DNA of 64,000 nucleotides from Candidatus Eiseniibacteriota bacterium (GTDB lineage: Bacteria; Eisenbacteria; RBG-16-71-46; JABDJR01), in contig CAVXKA010000003.1 of the NCBI GenBank assembly GCA_963762255.1, positions 1 to 64,000 of the forward strand, written 5' to 3'. This document shows, piece after piece, positions 1-8,639 of the stretch. A program made the translations under genes and the position numbers. The notes beneath the pieces are model-generated. The model was not told where the DNA came from. It did no database searches and saw nothing but the letters and a program-made list of their open reading frames with translations. Numbering within the stretch: position 1 is the stretch's first letter; every line of letters starts with the position of its first letter.

Positions 1-242
1 CGACGTATTCCGGCCAGGAGCGCGCTGCCGAGCTCCGGCTCGGCCTTGAGGTCGCAGACGACCGACTCCTTGCCCGCGTTCAGCGCCGCCTCCCAGGCGG
101 GCGCGGCGGTGCGCAGGGCGTCCCCTTCCGGCGGCTCGAGCCGCACCACGCGGGCGCCGAGCCGCAAGAGCTCGCGCGTGGCGTACGGGCCGGGCAGGAG
201 CCGGGTGAGGTCGACGACCAGGAGACCGGCGAGCGGTTCCAC
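1..242 (-). CDS. CaiB/BaiF family CoA-transferase, N-terminal fragment (runs off the window)
   Basis: Manual translation from GTG at 242: VEPLAGLLVVDLTRLLPGPYATRELLRLGARVVRLEPPEGD...LNAGKESVVCDLK, the typical CoA-transferase III N-terminus. Not in the ORF track. Confidence 0.85.
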   Translation of the reverse strand, partial: MEPLAGLLVVDLTRLLPGPYATRELLRLGARVVRLEPPEGDALRTAAPAWEAALNAGKESVVCDLKAEPELGSALLAGIR

Positions 243-275
243 TGTCTTCGATTGTGTCACTACACTCGGAGCACG

Positions 276-895
276 TTGACTGACCGGTCAATCGCCCAGG
301 AGGAGAAGCGCCGGCTGATCTTGGCCGCCGCCGTCAAGGTGTTCGCCCGCAAGGGCTACCACACGTGCCGCGTCGGGGACATCGCCGAGGAGGCCGGGGT
401 CGCGCACGGGCTGCTCTACCACTACCTTCTCGTCCAAGGACGAGGTGCTCGAGACGATCTTCCGCGAGACCTGGGCCGACCTCCTCGAGGCGATGCGCTC
501 GGTCGGGGCGTCGGACGCGCCGGCCGCCGACCAGCTGCGCCGGGTGGGCGCGATCCCTGCTGCGCTCCTGGCGGCGCGACCCCGATCTCGTCACCGTGCT
601 CGTCCGCGAGGTCGTCCGCAGCGGCGATCTCGGCAGCCGCGTCGTCGAGCGAGACGAGGCGCTCGAGGCGATCGAGCGGATCGTGGCGCAGGGGCAGGAG
701 CGGGGCGAGTTCAGCGCGGAGGTCGACCCGCGGCTCGCGAGCCTGATCGTCTACGGCGCGCTCAAGGAGATCCTCACCGGCTGGGTGCTCGGCCGGCGGT
801 CCGACGGGGACGAGGAGATCGCGCGCGCCGAGCGCACGTTCACGGAGATGTTCGTGAGCGGGTTGGCGCAGCGCAAGTCGCCTGTGCAAACCTGA
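276..895 (+). CDS. TetR/AcrR family transcriptional regulator (two apparent frameshifts, ~425 and ~555)
   Basis: HTH KRRLILAAAVKVFARKGYHTCRVGDIAEEAGVAHGLLYHY; the product continues in other frames (LETIFRETW..., LLRSWRRDPDLV...GQERGEF). Confidence 0.85.
278..293. promoter_or_regulatory. Palindromic putative TetR operator overlapping the tetR start
   Basis: GAC-TGACCGGTCA-ATC with a perfect 10-bp palindrome at 281-290; -10-like TACACT at 261-266; lies between divergent genes. Confidence 0.5.
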
Positions 896-899
896 CCCG

Positions 900-1617
900 A
901 TGGCGACGGCGACCCCGAAGGCGACGGGCGTCCCGGCGACCTTCGGGTGGCGGCTGCCCTGGGTGCTCGGACTGGGGGCGTTCGGGCTCGCCTTCTCGAT
1001 CACCACCACCGCCGCGTACCTGCCGCCGCTGCTCAGCAACTTCACGGAGTCGCGCACGATGATCGCGGCCGTGCTCGCCGCGGAGGGGATCTTCGCGCTC
1101 ACGCTTCCCGTCGTGATCGGGCCCTGGAGCGACACGTTCCACACGCCGCTCGGCCGCCGGGCGGCCGTTCATGCTCGCCGCGCTCGGGCCGATGGGCTTC
1201 TGTCTCGCGCTGATGGCGTTCATGCCGAGCCTCTGGACGACGACGCTGATCGTGCTCGCGTTCTTCTTCGCCTACTACGTCTACGAGCCGCCCTACCGCG
1301 GGCTCTACCCGGGACCTGCTGCCCCCGTCGGCCTACGGGCGCTCGCAGGGCATCCAGCACGTCCTGCGCGGGCTCGCGCTCGGGCTGGCGCTCGTCGGCG
1401 GCGGCTTCCTCTTCCACGTCTGGAAGGCCGCGCCGTTTCTGATCGCGGCGTTCGTGACCACGGTCGCCTGCGGCGCGACGATCGTCTTCGTCGTCGAGGA
1501 CGGCGGCCACGGCCGGGTCTTCGAGGGCGTCCGCGCGTACGTCGCGCACAGCTGGCGCATCATGCGCGGCGACATCGACGTCCGGCGGTGGCTCGTGGCC
1601 AACGCCGCCTGGGAGGG
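900..1617 (+). CDS. MFS transporter (GPH/sugar-like), frameshifted and truncated at the junction
   Basis: Hydrophobic helices and motif A-like IGPWSDTFHTPLGRR; continues across ORFs 900, 1171 and 1454 to NAAWEG, where composition switches. Confidence 0.8.
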
Positions 1618-2363
1618 GTTCCAATTCGGTGCCATCTTCCAGCACAACAGTGGCCACAGAATTATCTTTCACATTGATCCGGCTCACGCCTGCCCGAAGA
1701 CGCAGCTCGCCGCCGAGCGTTTTGAATTTCTGGAGAAGCTTTTTGAGAATCAAACGAACGCCTGCCAGCGGACTGGCAAGTCCTTCCAAAAAGATTGAGC
1801 GAAATAGGATGCTGAACTGGCCGAAATCCATGTCGTGTTCTTAGCGCTGCCGTAAAACAGGGCAGGGGCAGAAGAGCATCTCGACAAGCAACGGGTCTTT
1901 GATTATCTCGCTTACGATTTCACGGGCTGAGCGGCGGCATGCTGGATTCGAGTTGATCGTAATCGCTCAACTCGACCGTTAAGCGGCGAAAGTTGTCTTT
2001 TTCCCTGGGAAAACATCGACCTACTTCCGATTCGAACAATTCAAATTATTGTTGAATCGCAGACTAACGCTAGGAAACTTGATCTCTGATCCGAGTTGCG
2101 GGAGCCAACGCCAATTCATCCCAAGCTAGCCGAAGTTGCCGGAGAAGACGGACCAGCGGCCCGTTCTGGGCACCCTTTGGAGTGAAGTTCGTCATGGCGT
2201 GAAGGCCCACGTCCAAATCCCGGCCGCTGCGGCGATAGAATGAGTTTAGTCCACCGATGACCGTATGGCGTTCAAGTATGCACACACGTTTATCGAAATG
2301 GGCCAAGCGAATACCCGCCGCCAATCCCGACATACCAGCGCCAATGATAATCGTATCGTACAT
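1618..2363 (-). CDS. Phytoene desaturase-like NAD(P)/FAD-dependent oxidoreductase, frameshifted, 3' truncated
   Basis: MYDTIIIGAGMSGLAAG...ILERHTVIGGLNSFY...DVGLHAMTN (Rossmann fold plus GG motif); a later frame reads MDFGQFSILFRSIFLEGL...GGELRLRAGV. Confidence 0.8.
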
Positions 2364-2375
2364 AATACGGTGGAA

Positions 2376-2408
2376 AGATGAAGGATGAATAATGAAGGAT
2401 GGATGATT
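2376..2408. repeat. Degenerate ATGAAGG/ATGAAT heptamer-like tandem repeat
   Basis: AGATGAAGGATGAATAATGAAGGATGGATGA in the spacer between the ACP and desaturase genes. Confidence 0.5.
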
Positions 2409-2503
2409 TAAAAACAAATCATCTACGCAAGAGCGTGGGAACGAGTTGTTTTCCATTCATTCGTCGTTTGGCACTACCTTCATGATTCAGTTTTCGATAT
2501 TCA

Positions 2504-2764
2504 TTATTTTTTAACAACATCTTTCATGATTGGTTCAAGATATTTGACCGTGCTAGCCATACTGGCCAATTCCGTGTACTCTTCTTCGGGAATTTGGATG
2601 CGATATCGCTTTCGCAATTCCATTACGATGTCGAGGAAATCCATGCTGTCCATTTCCAACTGATCGCGGAAGGCAACGTCATCTTTCAGGTTGCTCAAGT
2701 CCTCATCCGGCGCTATGTCAGATAATATATCGAGCACGGCTTGTTTGATTTCGGCGGCAGTCAT
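2504..2764 (-). CDS. Acyl carrier protein
   Basis: 86 aa, acidic, with the phosphopantetheine motif LEMDSMDFLDIVMEL. Confidence 0.92.
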   Translation of the reverse strand: MTAAEIKQAVLDILSDIAPDEDLSNLKDDVAFRDQLEMDSMDFLDIVMELRKRYRIQIPEEEYTELASMASTVKYLEPIMKDVVKK

Positions 2765-2872
2765 TCAAAAAATACTCGCTGGTTCAAGGTTTTTAATTGC
2801 AGTTAATTCATATTACTCATCACTCCTGGCACAGATGCGAAGCATTGGTCGGGAGAGGATAGGTATTCTTTT

Positions 2873-4119
2873 TTATACTTTCTTTACAATCACGACTGAA
2901 TTGATTCCCAGCATTCCGAAGGAATTGTTGAGAATAGTTTGCACATTGCCAAGTTCACGCGGTTGGTTGGCGATTATGTTCGGTAAGTTGCATTCCGGAT
3001 CGATGCTGTCAATGTTGATCGTCGGATGGCAAACACCGTCATCGAAGGAGGGCAAGTTCCCGGCAAGTTCCGATGTGCCGGCCGCGCCCATCGCATGTCC
3101 GATGTAGCTTTTGGTGTTATTAAAAGCCGTATGGCCGTTAGGTCCCCAAACCTTTTTCAAGGCTTGACATTCTTGAATATCGCCGGATGTTGTGCCTGTG
3201 GCATGTGTGCTAACAATGCTAATGTCATCAGGACTAAGGCCCGCACGTTTTAGTGCCAAACTGATGCATTCTGCTTGCCGTGTTGGATCTGGAAGGACAA
3301 AGTCGGTGGCATCGCTGTTTATGGCATAGCCGGCAATTTCGCCGTAAATTTTCGCGCCCACGGGCTTTTGCGTCGCATAAACGCTCAAGCACGAAGATGC
3401 ATCCGCCTTCGGCCACGACAATGCCGTTTCTCGACAAATCGAATGGTCTGGAGGCCTTCGAGGGATCTTCATGTTTGGCCAATGCACCTTGACTGTTGAA
3501 GCTGGCAAAGATTCCAAAAGTGTGAATGCTTTCGGAAACGCCGCCGCACAGAGCCACGTCGCAATCGCCCAGGCGAAGCATTTGCGCAGCCCTGGATAAT
3601 GCCGGCATTCCCGGCTGCACATGCAGCACCGAGCGTGTAATGCGGGCCGGTAATGCCCATGTTCACAGATATTTCGCCAGCCGGATTATTTGCTACTGTG
3701 CGAGGGTTGTGGTGATGCGACCAGAATTGAGTGTCGTAGTCGTATTCCTTTAGGAGAAACAACTCGTTTTCCGTTTCCACATTTCCGTGTTCAGTCACGC
3801 CGATATAGATGCTAACTGTCGATTTATCGATATTAGGCCAATCCAGTCCGGAATTTGCGACTGCTTCGTGAGCGCAGAAAATGCCAATACTACCAGCCCG
3901 AGTGCCACGCCGAACTTCCTTGCGATTTTGAAATTTAAGTTCATCAAAGTTGCAAACGCCGGCCAAAGTAGATCCGAAATAGCGAATTTCGTATGGTACT
4001 ACTCCGCTACGGCCCAAAAGCAGGTTTTGGCGAAATTCGGAGATGGAGTTACCATTAGGCGCGGTAAGGCCCACACCCGTAATGACTATTCTCTCGCGTT
4101 CTGACCTTTCGGCAACCAT
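2873..4119 (-). CDS. fabF: Beta-ketoacyl-ACP synthase (FabF-like), split by frameshifts
   Basis: RIVITGVG, AACAAG (catalytic Cys), SRPFD..RNG...EG, HATGT, KSYIGHAMGAAG and NSFG, spread over ORFs 3469-4119, 3234-3629 and 2873-3622. Confidence 0.88.
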
Positions 4120-4439
4120 TACCTTATATCCTCGAAAAATATTCCAAACAGGTGAGGTTACATCGTTGGACGTTTTCTGGCAAGCGGCAAAACAACAGGA
4201 TTCAAAAAACCCTTGAATATTGAGCGGGTTTTATCGATCTAAAAAATTTCAAAAGCCAGAATACTTTTATATTTGGTGTGTCAGTCACCCTTAAGGGTGG
4301 CGGTGGATGGGGAAATGTTGAATACCTTTTTTTCAGCTAATGATTATAACAAAAAACCAACATGTGGTTGTTGTGGTTTAATCGTTTTTTGACAGATTAC
4401 TTTTTTGACAGATCGCCTTGTCTGCCTTCTATCAAAGAA

Positions 4440-5425
4440 TCAAACCTCTTGCATGCGGCGGATGCCCTCATTGGTGGAGATCGCGTGGGCAGTAGCCAAA
4501 GTCGTTTTTTGCTCTGTTTATGTTGAAATAATGCGAACGAGCCATTTGTGCGGCAAGAAATCGTGTCATTGGTGGGTCTCGCCGCAGGCGTAATAATCGA
4601 TAAATTGATTCAAAACATGCGCCTAGTTTCCAGGCAGTTGAAAACGAAACGGTCTTCTTTACGGGAGGTAAGCCGGCAATATCTAGTTGCTTGTTGATCC
4701 AACCCCAACAATTTACCGGTTCTCCTTGGCTGATGAAATATGCATTGCCGGCCACAGACGAGCCAGGACATAAGGCATCAGCAGCCTGAATATGTGCAAG
4801 AGCGGCGTTTTCTACATAAGTAATATCAATCTGATTCTTGCCGTCGCCTACCTGCATAAGCCAGCCGCGTCTGGCACGCTTGATAAGGCGTACATTAAGT
4901 GCTTTATCGCGTGGTGCCCAAATTAGATGTGGACGTAAAACACACATTTCGGCTCTTTTGCCGTTAGCCTTTATTACATCTTGCTCAGCCTTATCCTTTA
5001 GTATGGGCGTAATTACAGAGCCATTTACAGGGGATAATCAACCGATTCGTCCACTCCACAAAGGTCTTTCCCGTCAAAACCACACTAGGACTGCTGGTAT
5101 AAGCCAATCATTTTTAACGCCGTGCTTAAGACAACCTTCGATAATCCAACGTGTGCCAAGTGTGTTGGTTTGATAAAAGTCGGACCAACGACCGCCTAGA
5201 CCGGCAATTCCGGCAGTCTATGAAACACAGTACCAACCGAACGGCATGCATCTATGACCGAAACGCGATCACGAATATCGGCTTTGATGAAATTAACACC
5301 GGGTACTTTTAAATGTGGATGACACTGCCTGCCTAGAGCTTTGACTTTATATCTTCTGGCAAGAAGCTGCTCGACAATATATTGTCCTAAAAATCCTCCT
5401 GCACCGAGTAACAAGTATTTCCCAC
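4440..5425 (-). CDS. NAD-dependent epimerase/3-beta-HSD family (OleD-like) reductase, frameshifted
   Basis: GAGGFLG Rossmann motif, LRPHLIWAP, VGDGKNQIDITYVENAALAH, AYFISQGEPV, PPMTRF. Confidence 0.8.
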
Positions 5426-5571
5426 AGAAAACCTGACGAACGAAAAAATTGGAATGGAGTTGGAGTTTTATCAAGATGCTCAAAAGTAATCTGCTAACGA
5501 TTTTAACCTTTTAAGTTACTACCTGTGAAGTGGGATATATGCTTTATTAGTTTCTGTTGCGTAATATATTT

Positions 5572-5653
5572 GTAGGGCGGGACAAGCGGAGGCGAGATCC
5601 CACCAAAACGAGTATAAAATGCTGGTGGGACTGCATTTGGCTTGCCTACCCTA
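5572..5653. repeat. REP/REPIN-like GTAG inverted repeat
   Basis: GTAGGGCGGGACAAGC...TCCCACCA [spacer] TGGTGGGA...GCTTGCCTACCCTA; the arms are imperfectly complementary and start with GTAG. Confidence 0.6.
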
Positions 5654-6113
5654 GTTTTTGCAGTCTTTCCGCAATAGATACTAATTAGTTACTTTCCTGC
5701 GGCTCGCAGATATTCCCTCACCAGACTTACTGACGCGGCCATTTGACGTTTTATGTGTTGAAAGAATTATAACCGGCCCGTCAAAATAGATAAAATGATT
5801 AGTATAGGTCATTATTGTTGGTTGGCAAAAGCTGGAAATACAAGTGACCGATTATAGTTCAGAAAATTCTATGGTTAGATTTTGACAAATGATTTTATAA
5901 AAAGAACCGGCTTGTGATAGAACCGTTTAATCAAAGCTGACTTATATACATTATTAAGTAGTGATTATTAAGGATTAACTAGCATTTTTAAATTGGTTAC
6001 ATCAATCTTCCCAAGCCGCGTGTAAATAGCCCAACACATACAGCCAAAAAAATAACTAGTACAGCCACCTTAACTGCAAGCTTTAAAAGACATATCGACG
6101 CCGGAAACAAATT

Positions 6114-6297
6114 ATGGACGCCGTGAAAAAAGAATGTAAACCAAGTTATTCGCTGCTTGTAGAAACAGGCCGGTCGGATAATCCTGGCTATTGGAAGTTC
6201 GTTTTAAAGGATAACAGTGGCTTAACCAGGTTCCAAGCCATGGACTTTGAACCGAACGTCACAGGCGAACGACTGGATTTGCTTACCGTTATTCACA
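6114..6297 (+). CDS. RNase H-like family protein, N-terminal fragment (truncated at the junction)
   Basis: YSLLVE...GYWKFVL...AMDFEPNVTGERLDLLTVI resembles the RNase HI N-half (strands 1-3 plus an 'xRxELxAV'-like helix). The rest of the ORF-track entry is read-through into segment C. Confidence 0.5.
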
Positions 6298-6302
6298 CAT
6301 CA

Positions 6303-6335
6303 ACCGCCCACGACCAGCACCTTGAGTCCCCGCAT
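6303..6335 (-). CDS. First 11 codons of a probable phosphoribosylamine-glycine ligase (PurD-like), cut by the junction
   Basis: MRGLKVLVVGG just downstream of uvrD; matches the PurD start (KVLVVGxGGREH) but also other Rossmann-type starts. Confidence 0.4.
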
Positions 6336-6427
6336 CGGCCGATCCTCCATCGGCCGATCCCTTTCCGGCGTCTCGCGCCAGCTCACGGTCTCCTGCGATC
6401 GCTCACACCGTCCCGCTCGCGCCCCCG

Positions 6428-8596
6428 CTAGAAATCGACATGGCTGTCTTCCCACTGCGCGTAGCGCGCGACGATCTTCTTCTTGATGTTGCCGGCGAAG
6501 ACGACCACGAGCCGCGCGTCCGGGCCGCGTCCCTCCTGCCCGACCACATCGCCACGCCCGAAGGTGGGGTGGATGATCGTGCCCAGCGTCCGCCGCGGGC
6601 CCGCCTCGACGACCTCCGGCTCGCTCTCGCGCATGAACCGCCGAGAGGGCGCGGCTCCTCCCCATCCTCGCGGGGTCTCTTCGATCTCCACCAGCTTCTC
6701 GGGAATCTCCTGCGCGAAGCGCGAGAGGAGGGCAACGCTGACTCCGCCCCAGCGCTGCCGGCTCATCGCCGAGAAGAGGTGCACGCGATCTTTCGCGCGA
6801 GTCAGCGCCACGTAGAACAGGCGACGCTCCTCTTCCAGGGAATCCGGGTCGTCCATGGAGGAGACATGGGGAAGCAGGCCTTCCTCGAGTCCCGACAGGC
6901 AGACCACGCGGAACTCGAGACCCTTGGCGTTGTGGATGGTCATGAGCCGCACCTTCTCGGCGGCGTCGTCCATGCGATCCACGTCGGTGAGGAGCGACAC
7001 CTCGTTCAGGAAAGAACCCACGTCGGTCGTCTCGCTTCGCTCGGCAAAGATGCGCGCGCCGGCCACCAACTCCTCCACGTTCTCCCCGCGGTCGCCGGCG
7101 GTATCGGGATCGTCGTGGTCGAGAAAATCGAGGTACCCCGTGCGCTCCACCACCTCTTTCAGCACGGCGTCCACGCGTTCATCCGCCCGGGCGCGCAGCT
7201 CCTCGAGCATCGCCCGGAACTCGCTCAGCTTCTTCCTGGCGCCGGGTGGAATCTCCAGGGCCTCGTCCACCGCCTCCAGCGAGCGGTAGAGGCTCGTGCC
7301 CGCTTGATACGCGCGAAGCTGCAAGCGCTCGATCGACGCATCGCCGATCCCCCGTTTCGGGACGTTCACGACGCGAAGAAACGCGACGTCGTCCTGGTCG
7401 TTCACCAGGAGCCGCAGGTACGCGATCAGATCCTTCACCTCGCGCCGCTGGTAGAACGCGGTGCCTCCCACCAGCTCGTACGGCATCGCGGCGTTGCGGA
7501 ACGCGGTCTCGAGCGCGCGGCTCTGGGCGTTGGTGCGGTAGAGGATCGCAACCTCGCGAAGCGGCACCCCCTCGCGGTTCACCTCTCCGGCCACCGTACG
7601 CACCACCCTCAGCGCCTCTTCCTCCGCATCGCCGACCAGGGTGAGGCGAAGGCAATCGCCGCCCGCCCGATCCGTCCAGAGGGTCTTCTCTTTGCGGGCC
7701 CGGTTGTTGCGCACGACCGCGTTGGCGGCATCGAGAATGGTCGAGGTCGACCGGTAGTTCTGCTCCAGGCGGATGACCGTGGCATCGGGGTACATGCGCT
7801 CGAAAGACAGGATGTTGCCGATGTCGGCGCCGCGCCATCCGTAGATCGACTGATCGTCGTCGCCCACCACGCAGAGGTTGCGGTGCCCGGAGGCGAGGTG
7901 CCCGATCAGCCTCACCTGGGCCGCGTTGGTGTCCTGGTATTCGTCCACCAGCACGTAGCGGAAGCGCTCGGCGAAGAGATCCCTGACGTCCGGGTGCTCC
8001 TCGAAGAGGCGGATCGGCTCGCCGATGAGATCGTCGAAGTCGAGCGCGTTGGCCGCGCGCAGCCGGGTCGCATACTCACGGTAGATCCTGGCCAGCTTCT
8101 CGTCGCGAAAGGTCTGCGCCGCCTCTTCGAACTCCGTCGGCGAGACGAGCGCGTTCTTCGCCGCGGAGATCGCCGAGCGCGCCGCCTTGGGCGTGAGGTC
8201 CTTCTCGGCCAACTGAAGTTCCTTGAGGATGCGCTTGACCAGCGACTCCTGGTCGTCGGTGTCGTAGATCGAGAAACCGGGATCGATGCCGATCTTCTGC
8301 CCCTTGAGCCGCAGGATGCGCACGCCGGTAGCGTGGAAGGTGCCCACCCACAGATCGCGCGGGGACCCGCCGAGGAGCCCCGACACGCGCTCCCGCATCT
8401 CCCCCGCCGCCTTGTTGGTGAAGGTGAAAGCGAGGATGGCGCGCGGCTCCACACCAAGGTCGTGGACGAGATGCGCGATGCGGAAGGTGAGGACGCGGGT
8501 CTTGCCGCTTCCCGCGCCGGCCAGGACCAGGAGCGGGCCCTCGGTGCAGAGGACCGCCTCGCGCTGGCGGTCGTTGAGCGCTTCGAGAAGACTCAA
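6428..8596 (-). CDS. uvrD: UvrD/PcrA superfamily 1 DNA helicase
   Basis: LAGAGSGKT, TFTNKAA, VDEYQDTN, VGDDDQSIYGWRGA, QNYRST, MTIHNAKGLEF, EEERRLFYVALTRA and a C-terminal HPTFGRG Tudor-like domain. Confidence 0.97.
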   Translation of the reverse strand: MSLLEALNDRQREAVLCTEGPLLVLAGAGSGKTRVLTFRIAHLVHDLGVEPRAILAFTFTNKAAGEMRERVSGLLGGSPRDLWVGTFHATGVRILRLKGQKIGIDPGFSIYDTDDQESLVKRILKELQLAEKDLTPKAARSAISAAKNALVSPTEFEEAAQTFRDEKLARIYREYATRLRAANALDFDDLIGEPIRLFEEHPDVRDLFAERFRYVLVDEYQDTNAAQVRLIGHLASGHRNLCVVGDDDQSIYGWRGADIGNILSFERMYPDATVIRLEQNYRSTSTILDAANAVVRNNRARKEKTLWTDRAGGDCLRLTLVGDAEEEALRVVRTVAGEVNREGVPLREVAILYRTNAQSRALETAFRNAAMPYELVGGTAFYQRREVKDLIAYLRLLVNDQDDVAFLRVVNVPKRGIGDASIERLQLRAYQAGTSLYRSLEAVDEALEIPPGARKKLSEFRAMLEELRARADERVDAVLKEVVERTGYLDFLDHDDPDTAGDRGENVEELVAGARIFAERSETTDVGSFLNEVSLLTDVDRMDDAAEKVRLMTIHNAKGLEFRVVCLSGLEEGLLPHVSSMDDPDSLEEERRLFYVALTRAKDRVHLFSAMSRQRWGGVSVALLSRFAQEIPEKLVEIEETPRGWGGAAPSRRFMRESEPEVVEAGPRRTLGTIIHPTFGRGDVVGQEGRGPDARLVVVFAGNIKKKIVARYAQWEDSHVDF

Positions 8597-8639
8597 GCCG
8601 GATCCCCCTTGGTCGTCGTGCGCGGCCCGGGACTCCGGA

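Noticed and set aside
1618-6300. AT-rich segment as a genomic island
   Set aside because: No integrase, transposase or flanking repeats; genes are cut at both ends and the two flanks are not halves of one locus.
6333-6360. Direct repeat CATCGGCCGATCC x2
   Set aside because: Only two adjacent copies with no unique spacers, so not a CRISPR array; no CRISPR array or cas gene was seen in the window.
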